A DNA stretch of 64,000 nucleotides from Eledone cirrhosa (taxonomy: Eukaryota). Shown here piece after piece: positions 25,325 to 42,411 of the stretch; position 1 is the stretch's first letter, and the number at the start of each line of letters is the position of its first letter. The DNA lies in the NCBI GenBank assembly GCA_964016885.1, contig OZ024741.1:291958001-292022000 (forward strand), written 5' to 3'. The notes beneath the pieces were generated by a model. It saw only the letters and a list, made by a program, of their open reading frames with translations. It searched no databases and was not told where the DNA came from. The position numbers and the translations under genes are program-made.

Positions 25325-26255
25325 GCTGCTGTTGTTGCTGTTGATACCACTATTGATGGTGTTGTTGCTGCTGTTGTTGCTGTTGATACCACTATTGCTG
25401 GTGTTGTTGCTGCTGTTGTTGCTGTTGATACCACTATTGCTGGTGCTGTTGCTGCTGTTGTTGCTGTTGATACCACTATTGCTGGTGCTGTTGCTGCTGT
25501 TGTTGCTGTTGATACCACTATTGCTGGTGTTGTTGCTGCTGTTGTTGCTGTTGATACCACTATTGCTGGTGCTGTTGCTGCTGTTGTTGCTGTTGATACC
25601 ACTATTGCTGGTGCTGTTGCTGCTGTTGTTGCTGTTGATACCACTATTGCTGGTGCTGTTGCTGCTGTTGTTGCTGTTGATACCACTATTGCTGGTGTTG
25701 TTGCTGCTGTTGTTGCTGTTGATACCACTATTGCTGGTGCTGTTGCTGCTGTTGTTGCTGTTGATACCACTATTGCTGGTGTTGTTGCTGCTGTTGTTGC
25801 TGTTGATACCACTATTGCTGGTGTTGTTGCTGCTGTTGTTGCTGTTGATACCACTATTGGTGCTGTTGCTGCTGTTGTTGCTGTTGATACCACTATTGCT
25901 GGTGCTGTTGCTGCTGTTGTTGCTGTTGATACCACTATTGCTGGTGCTGTTGCTGCTGTTGTTGCTGTTGATACCACTATTGCTGGTGCTGTTGCTGCTG
26001 TTGTTGCTGTTGATACCACTATTGCTGGTGCTGTTGCTGCTGTTGTTGCTGTTGATACCACTATTGGTGCTGTTGCTGCTGTTGTTGCTGTTGATACCAC
26101 TATTGCTGGTGCTGTTGCTGCTGTTGTTGCTGTTGATACCACTATTGCTGGTGCTGTTGCTGCTGTTGTTGCTGTTGATACCACTATTGCTGGTGCTGTT
26201 GCTGCTGTTGTTGCTGTTGATACCACTATTGCTGGTGCTGTTGTTGCTGTTGTTG
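25325..26255. repeat. 42-bp minisatellite, ~22 copies
   Basis: Unit GATACCACTATTGCTGGTGCTGTTGCTGCTGTTGTTGCTGTT. Confidence 0.95.
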
Positions 26256-26427
26256 CCAATCTCCATCGATCAGTTATCTCCACTATCCAAAGATAACCAA
26301 GTCAGTGAGATTTCCGAACATCCTATTTACAATTTTAATCTTCTCTTCCACTCAGCAATAAATCTCTTGTAAACAATATCATATATATATACTATATGTG
26401 TATATGTTTGTTGGTGTGCGTCTGTGA

Positions 26428-26481
<54 letters not shown>

Positions 26482-26529
26482 ACAAATGTTTCTCCTGAAA
26501 AAGTCTCAAAACTTTTGGAATGCACCACT

Positions 26530-26572
<43 letters not shown>

Positions 26573-26855
26573 ATATATATATTTAATTTTAATTTTAATT
26601 TTAATATTGTTACAAGTATATTATATTATATTATATTGTATTATATATAGTACTATAATTCCCTGCTCTATATAACCACCTTTAGTTTTTTTGCTTTGGA
26701 CTATATTTGTAACATGGTTCAAAATGTTATCCACCTCCTTAGTGATTTTTATTATATATTTTTACCCATAATCTTCCAATACTTTAGTGTATGTACACTC
26801 CATATTCTTCGGAGTTTTCGGCTTGTATTGGCCGATAGTACTTCTTGTGGTTTTG

Positions 26856-26899
26856 ATTGCCCTGATGAGTCCTTAATAGGACGAAACATTGTTGGTAAT
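26856..26899 (+). ncRNA. Canonical minimal type-I hammerhead ribozyme in a PLE-like end (~26600-27045)
   Basis: ATTGCC-CTGATGA-GTCC-TTAATA-GGAC-GAAAC-ATT-GTT-GGTAAT-AAA. All three stems pair, the triplet is GUU, and an AATAAA overlaps the 3' end. Confidence 0.88.
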
Positions 26900-27073
26900 A
26901 AAGACTTTTGATGTATTGAAGGCTTCTTTGTTTTATTTTCATAATTCTTCGGCTCTGTTTAATTACATGGAGCTATACCTTTTACTGTCATTTCTATAAT
27001 ACGAAGAGGGTGTTTAACTCCAACACGTTCCAGTATTTTAATCCTTATATATATATATATATATATATATACA

Positions 27074-27830
<757 letters not shown>

Positions 27831-27931
27831 CATTTCACATAAAACTTTATTGCACGATGAGCTTTTAAACTGACTTCACGTCCCGACATCATTCTGCTAA
27901 CTAGTCACCACCACCACTACCTTCATCATCA

Positions 27932-27955
27932 TAACCCTAACCCTAACCCTAACCC
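27932..27955 (-). repeat. Interstitial (TTAGGG)4 telomere-type repeat
   Basis: (TAACCC)4 on the + strand. Confidence 0.7.
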
Positions 27956-28474
27956 AACCAACACAACCGCCACCCCCGTTTCCTCAATCAATACTAATAA
28001 CAATACAACCACCATCTCCAACACAATCATCCCCACCACATCCAACACAATCATCCCCACCAACAACAACAACACAAGCACTAGCATTACAACTACCACC
28101 ACTATCACCACAATCACCACCAATAACAACAACACAACCACCACAATCAGCAACACCACTACCACCATCATCAGCAGCAGCACCACCACCCTTATTCACA
28201 CCGACCACTGATACCCCCACGACACCATATCTACACCCCTCTGTCACCTCATACAAAACTAACTACTAAATTAATGATCAATAATACACCCCCACACCGA
28301 CCACATCTCCTCCACTGCCGTCATATCATACATTATCGACATACACATACACACATCACACATCACACACACACATCACACACACACATAACACATATAC
28401 GAATATATATATATATATATGTATGTAATGTAAATTCAACACGTCGTCCATTTTATAATTATTATTATTATTGT

Positions 28475-29617
<1,143 letters not shown>

Positions 29618-29979
29618 TTACTCATCTCCACAACATAACATAGCTGGGTCTTATCAACAGGGAAAAGATTGATTCTCCGCAGTGGTCTGCACCGTCTCAG
29701 CAGTTTCCTCTCCCTGCCCCTCTCTCTACCTGTCCCTCTCTCACCCCCACCCCCCTCCCCAAGCACATACACCCACTCACACACATATTTACAGACACAG
29801 ACTCACATGTTTACACACATGTTCACTCACACACAATTTCTCCCCGCCTAACTCCTCCATGGATGTTGCATCATCACCACCACCACTCTCCTAGATTGAG
29901 ATGAGGAATGGGGAAAACAGTTTGAAGGCAGATCTACCAACAGTAAAAATATAGAAAATGAAAGTAAAAGCAGACGACC

Positions 29980-31110
29980 ACAGCAACTGCAGCAACAGTA
30001 ATTGCAAAACATTCATCACCAACATCATCGTCACCACCAACACCATCACCAGTAGTATCAATACCACCATTATCAACTTCACCACTGCCAACGCTACTAG
30101 CAGGACCATTACCAATGCTATCACTACTAACATCATCATAACCACCACCACCACCACCACTATCAATACCACAACTACCAGCATCACCATCACCATCACC
30201 ACCACTGTAACCACTATGAATACCACAAATACCAGCATCACCACTATCAACGCTATTATCAACGCTACCACTACCAACGTCTCCACCACCATCACCACTA
30301 TCAACGCCACCACTACCAACATCTCCACCACCATTATCAATACCACCATTATCAACGCCACCACTACTAACATCACCACCACCACCATTATAAATACCAC
30401 CATTATCAACGCTACCACTACCAACGTCTCCACCACCACCACCATCACCACTATCAACGCCACCACTACCAGTATCACCACCATCATTATCAATATCACC
30501 ACTATCAACGCCACCACTAACAACGTCTCCACCACCATTATCAATACCACCATTATCAACGCCACCACTACCAACGTCTCCACCACCATTATCAATACCA
30601 CCATTATCAACGCCACCACTACCAAACGTCTCCACCACCATCACCACTATCAACGCCACCACTACCAACGTCTCCACCACCATTATCAATACCACCATTA
30701 TCAACGCCACCACTACCAAACGTCTCCACCACCATTATCAATACCACCACTATCAACGCCACGACTACCACCGTCTCCACCACCATCACCACTATCAACG
30801 CCACCGCTACCAGCATCACTACCACTACTTACAACACCAACCCCACCATTACCACCAATACCAACAAACAAAAGGTAATTCAAAATCACTACCACCAGCA
30901 ATGACACTACTCCCTACACCAATACTAAAACCACTACCACTACCACTAACAACAACACAACCACCAACAACACTCACAACATATATAACTACCACCATCA
31001 ACACTACTATCATAATAAACGCTAGCAATAATATTGCCACCAACACTATGGTCACCACTACTATCACCAACAGTACCATCAGCAACCCAACTGCAATCAA
31101 CTGCAGTATC
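29980..31110. repeat. ACC/ATC-rich degenerate minisatellite
   Basis: Recurrent ACCACCATTATCAATACCACCATTATCAACGCCACCACTACCAACGTCTCC units. Confidence 0.85.
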
Positions 31111-31112
31111 AC

Positions 31113-34100
31113 CACTAACACCAACAACAATAACCGCCACCAACAACAACATGACTGCCATTAACATCACTAACTCCAACAACAATAACCGCCACCAACA
31201 ACAACATGACTGCCATTAACATCACTAACTCCAACAACAATAACCACCACCAACAACAACATGACTGCCATTAACATCACTAACACCACCAACAATAACC
31301 GCCACCAACAACAACATGACTGCCATTAACATCACTAACACCACCAACAATAACCGCCACCAACAACAACATGACTGCCATTAACATCACTAACACCAAC
31401 AACAATAACCACCACCAACAACAACATGACTGCCATTAACATCTCTAACACCAAAAACAATAACCGCCACCAACAACAACATGACTGCCATTAACATCAC
31501 TAACACCAACAACAATAACCACCACCAACAACAACATGACTGCCATTAACATCTCTAACACCAACAACAATAACCGCCACCAACAACAACATGACTGCCA
31601 TTAACATCACTAACTCCAACAACAATAACCGCCACCAACAACAACATGACTGCCATTAACATCACTAACACCACCAACAATAACCGCCACCAACAACAAC
31701 ATGACTGCCATTAACATCTCTAACACCAACAACAATAACCACCACCAACAACAACATGACTGCGATTAACATCTCTAACACCAACAACAATAACAGCCAC
31801 CAACAACAACATGACTGCCATTAACATCTCTAACTCCAACAACAATAACCACCACCAACAACAACATGACTGCCATTAACATCTCTAACTCCAACAACAA
31901 TTACCACCACCAACAACAACAACATGACTGCCATTAACATCTCTAACTCCAACAACAATAACCACCACCAACAACAACATGACTGCGATTAACATCTCTA
32001 ACACCAACAACAATAACCGCCAGGAACAACAACATGACTGCCATTAACATCTCTAACTCCAACAACAATAACCACCACCAACAACAACAACATGACTGCC
32101 ATTAACATCTCTAACTCCAACAACAATAACCGCCACCAACAACAACATGACTGCCATTAACATCTCTAACTCCAACAACAATAACCACCACCAACAACAA
32201 CATGACTGCGATTAACATCTCTAACACCAACAACAATAACCGCCAGGAACAACAACATGGCTGCCATTAACATCACTAACTCCAACAACAATAACCACCA
32301 CCAACAACAAAAACATGACTGCCATTAACATCTCTAACTCCAACAACAATAACCACCACCAACAACAACAACATGACTGCCATTAACATCTCTAACTCCA
32401 ACAACAATAACCGCCACCAACAACAACATGACTGCCATTAACATCTCTAACTCCAACAACAATAACCGCCACCAACAACAACATGACTGCCATTAACATC
32501 ACTAACTCCAACAACAATAACCGCCACCAACAACAACATGACTGCCATTAACATCTCTAACTCCAACAACAATAACCGCCACCAACAACAACATGACTGC
32601 CATTAACATCACTAACTCCAACAACAATAACCGCCACCAACAACAACATGTCTGCCATTAACATCACTAACTCCAACAACAATAACCACCACCAACAACA
32701 ACATGACTGCCATTAACATCTCTAACACCAACAACAATAACAGCCACCAACAACAACATGACTGCCATTAACATCTCTAACTCCAACAACAATAACCACC
32801 ACCAACAACAACATGACTGCCATTAACATCCCTAACTCCTACAACAATAACCACCACCAACAACAACATGACTGCGATTAACATCTCTAACACCAACAAC
32901 AATAACAGCCACCAACAACAACATGACTGCCATTAACATCTCTAACTCCAACAACAATAACCACCACCAACAACAACATGACTGCCATTAACAGCTCTAA
33001 CTCCAACAACAATAACCACCACCAACAACAACATGACTGCGATTAACATCTCTAACTCCAACAACAATAACCACCACCAACAACAACATGACTGCCATTA
33101 ACAGCTCTAACTCCAACAACAATAACCACCACCAACAACAACATGACTGCCATTAACATCTCTAACTCCAACAACAATAACCACCACCAACAACAACATG
33201 ACTGCCATTAACAGCTCTAACTCCAACAACAATAACCACCACCAACAACAACATGACTGCCATTAACATCACTAACTCCAACAACAATAACCACCACCAA
33301 CAACAACATGACTGCCATTAACAGCTCTAACTCCAACAACAATAACCACCACCAACAACAACATGACTGCGATTAACATCTCTAACTCCAACAACAATAA
33401 CCACCACCAACAACAACATGACTGCCATTAACATTTCTAACTCCAACAACAATAACCACCACCAACAACAACAACATGACTGCCATTAACATCTCTAACT
33501 CCAACAACAATAACCACCACCAACAACAACAACATGACTGCCATTAACATCACTAACGCCAACAACAATAACTGCCACCAACAACAACATGACTGCCATT
33601 AACATCTCTAACTCCAACAACAATAACCGCCACCAACAACAACATGACTGCCATTAACATCTCTAACTCCAACAACAATAACCACCACCAACAACAACAT
33701 GGCTGCCATTAACATCACTAACTCCAACAACAATAACCACCACCAACAACAACATGACTACCATTAACATCTCTAACTCCAACAACAATAACCGCCACCA
33801 ACAACAACATGACTGCCATTAACATCTCTAACTCCAACAACAATAACCGCCACCAACAACAACATGACTGCCATTAACATCTCTAACTCCAACAACAATA
33901 ACCACCACCAACAACAACATGACTGCCATTAACATCACTAACTCCAACAACAATAACCACCACCAACAACAACATGACTGCCATTAACATCTCTAACTCC
34001 AACAACAATAACCACCACCAACAACAACATGACTGCCATTAACATCTCTAACTCCAACAACAATAACCACCACCAACAACAACATGACTGCCATTAACAT

Positions 34101-37100
34101 CACTAACTCCAACAACAATAACCACCACCAACAACAACATGACTGCCATTAACATCACTAACTCCAACAACAATAACCACCACCAACAACAACATGACTG
34201 CCATTAACATCTCTAACTCCAACAACAATAACCACCACCAACAACAACATGACTGCCATTAACATCTCTAACTCCAACAACAATAACCACCACCAACAAC
34301 AACATGACTGCCATTAACATCACTAACTCCAACAACAATAACCACCACCAACAACAACATGACTGCCATTAACATCACTAACTCCAACAACAATAACCGC
34401 CACCAACAACAACATGACTGCCATTAACATCTCTAACTCCAACAACAATAACCCCCAGGAACAACAACATGACTGCCATTAACATCACTAACTCCAACAA
34501 CAATAACCGCCACCAACAACAACATGACTGCCATTAACATCTCTAACTCCAACAACAATAACCACCACCAACAACAACATGACTGCCATTAACATCACTA
34601 ACTCCAACAACAATAACCACCACCAACAACAACATGACTACCATTAACATCTCTAACTCCAACAACAATAACCGCCACCAACAACAACATGACTGCCATT
34701 AACATCTCTAACTCCAACAACAATAACCGCCACCAACAACAACATGACTGCCATTAACATCTCTAACTCCAACAACAATAACCACCACCAACAACAACAT
34801 GACTGCCATTAACATCACTAACTCCAACAACAATAACCACCACCAACAACAACATGACTGCCATTAACATCTCTAACTCCAACAACAATAACCACCACCA
34901 ACAACAACATGACTGCCATTAACATCTCTAACTCCAACAACAATAACCACCACCAACAACAACATGACTGCCATTAACATCACTAACTCCAACAACAATA
35001 ACCACCACCAACAACAACATGACTGCCATTAACATCACTAACTCCAACAACAATAACCACCACCAACAACAACATGACTGCCATTAACATCTCTAACTCC
35101 AACAACAATAACCACCACCAACAACAACATGACTGCCATTAACATCTCTAACTCCAACAACAATAACCACCACCAACAACAACATGACTGCCATTAACAT
35201 CTCTAACTCCAACAACAATAACCCCCAGGAACAACAACATGACTGCCATTAACATCTCTAACTCCAACAACAATAACCACCACCAACAACAACATGACTG
35301 CCATTAACATCACTAACTCCAACAACAATAACCGCCACCAACAACAACATGACTGCCATTAACATCTCTAACTCCAACAACAATAACCCCCAGGAACAAC
35401 AACATGACTGCCATTAACATCTCTAACTCCAACAACAATAACCCCCAGGAACAACAACATGACTGCCATTAACATCTCTAACTCCAACAACAATAACCAC
35501 CACCAACAACAACATGACTGCCATTAACATCACTAACTCCAACAACAATAACCGCCACCAACAACAACATGACTGCCATTAACATCTCTAACTCCAACAA
35601 CAATAACCCCCAGGAACAACAACATGACTGCCATTAACATCTCTAACTCCAACAACAATAACCCCCAGGAACAACAACATGACTGCCATTAACATCTCTA
35701 ACTCCAACAACAATAACCACCACCAACAACAACATGACTGCCATTAACATCACTAACTCCAACAACAATAACCGCCACCAACAACAACATGACTGCCATT
35801 AACATCTCTAACTCCAACAACAATAACCACCACCAACAACAACATGACTGCCATTAACATCACTAACTCCAACAACAATAACCACCACCAACAACAACAT
35901 GACTGCCATTAACATCACTAACTCCAACAACAATAACCACCACCAACAACAACATGACTGCAATTAACATCACTAACTCCAACAACAATAACCACCACCA
36001 ACAACAACATGACTGCCATTAACATCTCTAACTCCAACAACAATAACCACCACCAACAACAACATGACTGCCATTAACATCTCTAACTCCAACAACAATA
36101 ACCACCACCAACAACAACATGACTGCCATTAACATCACTAACTCCAACAACAATAACCACCACCAACAACAACATGACTGCCATTAACATCTCTAACTCC
36201 AACAACAATAACCACCACCAACAACAACATGACTGCGATTAACATCTCTAATTCCAACAACAATAACCACCACCAACAACAACATGACTGCCATTAACAT
36301 CACTAACTCCAACAACAATAACCACCACCAACAACAACATGACTGCCATTAACATCTCTAACTCCAACAACAATAACCACCACCAACAACAACATGACTG
36401 CCATTAACATCACTAACTCCAACAACAATAACAGCCACCAACAACAACATGACTGCCATTAACATCTCTAACTCCAACAACAATAACCACCACCAACAAC
36501 AACATGACTGCCATTAACATCTCTAACGCCAACAACAATAACCACCACCAACAACAACATGACTGCCATTAACATCTCTAACTCCAACAACAATAACCAC
36601 CACCAACAACAACATGACTGCCATTAACATCTCTAACTCCAACAACAATAACCACCACCAACAACAACATGACTGCCATTAACATCTCTAACGCCAACAA
36701 CAATAACCACCACCAACAACAACATGACTGCCATTAACATCTCTAACTCCAACAACAATAACCGCCACCAACAACAACATGACTACCATTAACATCACTA
36801 ACTCCAACAACAATAACCACCACCAACAACAACATGACTGCCATTAACATCACTAACACCAACAACAATAACCACCACCAACAACAACATGACTGCGATT
36901 AACATCACTAACACCAACAACAATAACCGCCACCAACAACAACATGACTGCCATTAACATCATTAACTCCAACAACAATAACAGCCACCAACAACAACAT
37001 GACTGCCATTAACATCTCTAACTCCAACAACAATAACCGCCACCAACAACAACATGACTGCCATTAACATCTCTAACTCCAACAACAATAACCGCCACCA

Positions 37101-38160
37101 ACAACAACATGACTGCCATTAACATCTCTAACTCCAACAACAATAACCGCCACCAACAACAACATGACTGCCATTAACATCACTAACTCCAACAACAATA
37201 ACCACCAACAACAACATGACTGCCATTAACATCTCTAACTCCAACAACAATAACCACCAGGAACAACAACATGACTGCCATTAACATCTCTAACTCCAAC
37301 AACAACATGACTGCCATTAACATCATTAACTCCAACAACAATAACCGCCACCAACAACAACATGACTGCCATTAACATCACTAACTCCAACAACAATAAC
37401 CACCAACAACAATATGACTGCCATTAACATCTCTAACTCCAACAACAATAACAGCCACCAACAACAACATGACTGCCATTAACATCATTAACTCCAACAA
37501 CAATAACCGCCACCAACAACAACATGTCTGCCATTAACATCTCTAACTCCAACAACAATAACCGCCACCAACAACAACATGACTGCCATTAACATCTCTA
37601 ACTCCAACAACAATAACCGCCAGGAACAACAACATGACTGCCTTTAACATCACTAACTCCAACAACAATAACCGCCACCAACAACAACATGACTGCCATT
37701 AACATCTCTAACTCCAACAACAATAACCACCACCAACAACAACATGACTGCCATTAACATCACTAACTCCAACAACAATAACCCCCAGGAACAACAACAT
37801 GACTGCCATTAACATCACTAACTCCAACAACAATAACCGCCACCAACAACAACATGACTGCCATTAACATCATTAACTCCAACAACAATAACCACCACCA
37901 ACAACAATATGACTGCCATTAACATCACTAACTCCAACAACAATAACCGCCACCAACAACAACATGACTGCCATTAACATCTCTAACTCCAACAACAATA
38001 ACAGCCACCAACAACAACATGACTGCCATTAACATCACTAACTCCAACAACAATAACAGCCACCAACAACAACATGACTGCCATTAACATCACTAACTCC
38101 AACAACAATAACCGCCACCAACAACAACATGACTGCCATTAACATCTCTAACTCCAACAA
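31113..38160. repeat. 55-bp satellite array, ~128 copies (7 kb)
   Basis: Unit CAACAACAATAACCRCCACCAACAACAACATGACTGCCATTAACATCWCTAACTC, period 55. Confidence 0.97.
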
Positions 38161-39214
38161 GAATAACAACGACCCTACCACTAATTCTAACACCACTATC
38201 TTCCCTACCAACACGTGGAACACCACGACCGCTACAAACACCATTATTTTTACCACTACCACTACTAGCAAGAACAAGACTACCATCACTACCACCAATA
38301 CAAAGAACACCACTACCACTAATGTTATCAATACTACAAATACTGTTACCACTCATATCACTACTATTACTACTGTTGCATCTACGTGTTCGTTCAGCCT
38401 GCTAGAAATTGAAGCTAAATATCATAATGGCCCGCCATCATGAAAATAGGTTTCTTGTATGCTGAAAAAAGAGGTGATGGTCATTTCTGGAATACTTTTG
38501 ATCATATGTCATCTGATTTACCGTACCCAGGAACCACTACAACTAATACTCCCTTAAACCACACTCCACACACTTTAGAAACGGAAGAAAATATTTGATG
38601 CTGCGCGGCTTCTCTTCTCTCTTCTTCTCTATCCCGTAACTCCTAGGGCATCGTAGGTGCACTGTATTGCCATGCGGCGTTTTGGGAGGCACATTTTACA
38701 CCAGGTGGAGCCCAGCTCTTCTCTGGGTCTGAACACCTCAGATTTCTTCTTAAGAAGGATAGAGAGTGAGAAAAAAGAAGCGAAAAAGATATATAGGCAA
38801 GAATAGACCCCGGTATTAGACTGATACATTTTTATCGAACTTGAATGGATGAAAGGCAAAATTGCAAGATTTGAACTGAGAGAGCAAACGAATACCACAA
38901 CGCTTTCCGACGTTCTAACGATTCTGCCAAATCACTGCCGACTAAACTCTCCGAGACACTCTGCATGAAAAAAGATCAGAATGGTCATAGTTGACTTGAG
39001 ACATATCAGCAACAAGAGCAAGGAAGACAACAGCTGTATCTACTATAAATATTATTCTCTCAAACCACATTATACCAGCTTAAAACACGGTTGAATATAT
39101 TTTGATACAGTTCTAGCAGGCACCATACACGAATAAACCTGAGCAAGCTTTACAAACAGGTGAAAGTATACGTGGCTGAGTGATTAAGAAGTTCGCTCCA
39201 CACATTAGTAGTTT

Positions 39215-39651
39215 CGGTTTGCCAATACTGACTTATGGTCATGAATCTTGGGTAATGACTGAAAGAATACGATCGCAAATGCAAGCAGCCGAAATGGGGT
39301 TCCTTCGAAGGGTCTTTGGAGTAACATTACTAGATAGTGTGCGTAGCTGGGAGATCAAAGAGTCGCTCCAGGTGGAGCCGCTACTTCCCCGAATTGAGAG
39401 ATCACAAATCCGATACTACCGGCATGCGGTTAGAATGTCTTAAGAAAGAATCGCTGGACAGATTTTACGGGCAAAAACCATCTGATAGGAAATCCAGTGG
39501 TGGTACCCCCGAGCAAGATGGTTGGATAACATAAATGAATTTGACTGGTCTCGCTTAGAGATTCAGTCGGATCAATTGGAGACAGTTGCTTCTGACATGA
39601 CCCGCTGGAAGAAGTGGGTCATTAGAAGAAGAAGAAGAAGAAGAAGAAGAA
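39215..39651 (+). mobile_element. RTE (Expander/Rex3-like) LINE 3' fragment with (GAA)n tail
   Basis: PILTYGHESWVMTERIRSQMQAAEMGFLRRVFGVTLLDSVRSWEIKESLQVEPLL; homologous to 60460-60900. Confidence 0.88.
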
Positions 39652-40552
39652 GTTCGGCGGTGGTGGTGACAGAAGAGGATGGTGATGAGGATGAGGATGC
39701 TGAGGATTATGATGATGAGGAGGAGAAGGGGAAGGAGGGGGAGGTTAAATTGGGACGTCACCGCATCTTCGTTAAGTATTTTTCACCTTAGATTCGGGTC
39801 TATTACACCCTTGTGAGTGAAAGTTTATAGAGGGGAATCTGTGGGAGATCGACGGCCGACCGCGCCTGTTCTTCGCTCGTAGACTTAATTCACCATCTGG
39901 CTTAACACCACCTTATGGTCCTTGGGAAATCATTAACGGAGTATGCTCTACTGCAAATATTCCTGCAAGTTTTCCGGTTGGGATTTGCGTACAACCTCTT
40001 CCTTCTATCCCATCTGTCTCGTGAGGCTTTTAAAAGGGGTCATCGACATCATCATTCTGTCGCTTTCTAAGTCACATAAAACAAATTCTTCTTCTTCTTC
40101 TTCTTCTTCTTCTTCTTCTTCTTCTTCTTCTTCTTCTTCTTCTTGAAAGATTCGTGGTGTCAGAGTCCTCTAACACTCCTTCCCGGGGATCCTGTCAGAA
40201 TCAGAAGCATCCGTCTTCATACCAGTATCTTGATAGCTTCAATAACAAAAGTGACCCTTGCCCTCATACGGCCAGATTCTAATTACCGTCACCACTAGTG
40301 TGGCTTTTAATTCTACGACCCGATAAAGGACTCTGTACCTTTCCACAGGACCTACTAGAGAAACCATCCAAACCCCCTCAAATAACACCATAACATGGGG
40401 ATAATGGCATTCTACATACTTTATGTAAGATTAAAAATACGGGATCGTCAACGCTGGAACGACTTTCATTATAGGTTTGCTTGACCAGGTCTGATCTGGA
40501 GCTAAACAACAACAGTACAAATTACTTAACACAAAGTTATTACTAGACTCAC

Positions 40553-40645
40553 CTGAAAATATGTAGCAGCAGTAGCTGGTGGTTAAACCTGCGATGGACT
40601 GGTGTCATGTCCAGTGAGTAGTCTTGTACTCTCAGACGCACATTT
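40553..40645 (-). CDS. Candidate 93-bp internal coding exon of an unidentified host gene
   Basis: Acceptor TTTCACTTTTCATCAG and donor CAG|GTGAGT. Length is divisible by 3 and a single frame is open: NVRLRVQDYSLDMTPVHRRFNHQLLLLHIF. Confidence 0.4.
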
Positions 40646-41509
40646 CTGATGAAAAGTGAAACCGGTCGCATTGTTAATAGTGTTGGTGGCAGTAGAAGTG
40701 TTCCTTCTGTTAGGATGGGATGGTAGTAGTAGTAGTAGTGGAGATACTATGGTTGTTATCGCTGAATCTGCTGCCTTGGTCATTCCATGATCATAGTGAT
40801 GGTGGTGATGGAGGAAGTGGTGGTGGTGGCGGCGGCGGCGATGGTAGTTGCGGCTGTGTTGAGTTTGTTATTGTTGTTGCTGCTGTCATGGTCTTTCCAG
40901 GGACACAGTGGTGGTGGTGGCGATGTTACAGTTGCTGTTGTTGCTGCTGCTGTTGCCATGCTCATTCGATAGTCAAAGTGGTGTTGGTGGTAGTGGAGCG
41001 GTGTTACGGTTGTTATTGTTGTTGCTGCTGGCATGATCATTCCAAGCTCATGATGCCGGTGGTGATGTTTGCTTTGCTGTTATAGTGTTATTTCCCGCTG
41101 GAATTTGAAATGGAGGAGGAAAGCTTTAGTTTGGGATAATAAAGGGGAATTTTCTCTCTATTCCTTCTTCCACCTCCCTTCCATTTCCACTTGCTAGTCC
41201 CTGTTTTACTACAGGAATCTATTGTAGAAAAACTATTGCCCACAAATGTTCGTACTTCAGGCAGGGTTTTGCAAGCCGTAGGGTCGATGAAACAAAATAA
41301 CATCTCTCTCCTCACAGCCACAAGGGGAAAGTTGTTTAAATCGCCCCCAATATTGGACTGGTATTTTATTTCATCAACTCTGGAAGGATGAAATTTAAAG
41401 TTGGCGTCGGCGATATTTGAACTGAGAACGCAAAGAAGCGGGAGAAATACCACAATGTATTTTGTATGACGCTCATATGCTTCTTCGAATATACTACTAC
41501 ATTTAATAA

Positions 41510-41693
41510 TTGTTTCTACTTTAGGCACAAGGCCAGCAATTAACCAGTACATTACTGGTACTTTATTTTATCGACCCCGTAAAGATGAAAGGCAAAGTTA
41601 ACCTCGGCGGGATTTGAACTCAAACCGTAAAGGGTCGTAACTATGCTAGAAAGCATGGCGTCCAACCCTCTACCGATACTGCCAATTCACCGA
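41510..41693 (-). mobile_element. SINE family A (short form); an older copy lies at ~41345-41460
   Basis: Reverse complement of the SINE A consensus. Confidence 0.85.
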
Positions 41694-41840
41694 TAATGAT
41701 GATGAAGATGGTGATCATGATGATGAAGATGATGATGATGATGATGATGATGATGATAACAATAATAATTATAATAATAATGGTAATAGTAGTAGTAGAA
41801 GAAGAAGAAGAAGAAGAAGAAGAAGAAGAAGAAGAAGAAG

Positions 41841-41872
<32 letters not shown>

Positions 41873-42411
41873 GTAGTAGTAGTAGTATCAAGAGGAGCAA
41901 CTAGTTAGCAATTAAAGTTTAAGGGTGTCATATTTCACATGATTTATCATTTTCTTCGCCAGAAGACAATATATTAATGTCTTTCCATAGAAAGTTCCTA
42001 GTTAGAAGGGAAGAAAGAAAGATAGAAAGAAAAAAAAAGAAAGACGGAGTTTGTGGGTGTGAGGAAGAAATCATTTCTTTAGGTCATACAACGTTTTAAA
42101 TCAAATATATCAGACTTGAAATAAAACAACAAAACTACACCTCTCAACCACAACACTGACAATGACAATAACAATAACTACAACCACTGCAATAAATAAC
42201 AGCGGTAGCAACAACAACATCATCAATAACATCAACATGATGCATAACACATATCTAATAAAAAAATGAAAGAAATATGAGGTAATAAAAAACATAAACT
42301 AATTAATGGTTTCATTTATTGGCCACAGGGGCCAAAGCTATTGTGAAGAAAAGACACAGGGAAGAAAAGTTATGTTTGCTGCATTGTTTTAATTTACAAA
42401 TGAAAAAAATG

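Noticed and set aside
27932-27955. (TTAGGG)4 as evidence of a chromosome end or fusion
   Set aside because: Only four units within a C/A-rich low-complexity tract; chance or slippage is sufficient.
29891-30878. Long Thr/Val/Gly-rich ORFs (244-306 aa)
   Set aside because: Translations of an ACC/ATC low-complexity minisatellite that is open in several frames on both strands.
31113-38160. Satellite as a CRISPR array or repetitive protein gene
   Set aside because: No spacers; the 55-bp period is not a multiple of 3, and the ORF track shows no ORF inside the array.
40646-40667. CTGATGA-AAAGT-GAAACCGGTC resembling an HHR core
   Set aside because: No stem I or stem II; better explained as the minus-strand splice acceptor TTTCACTTTTCATCAG.
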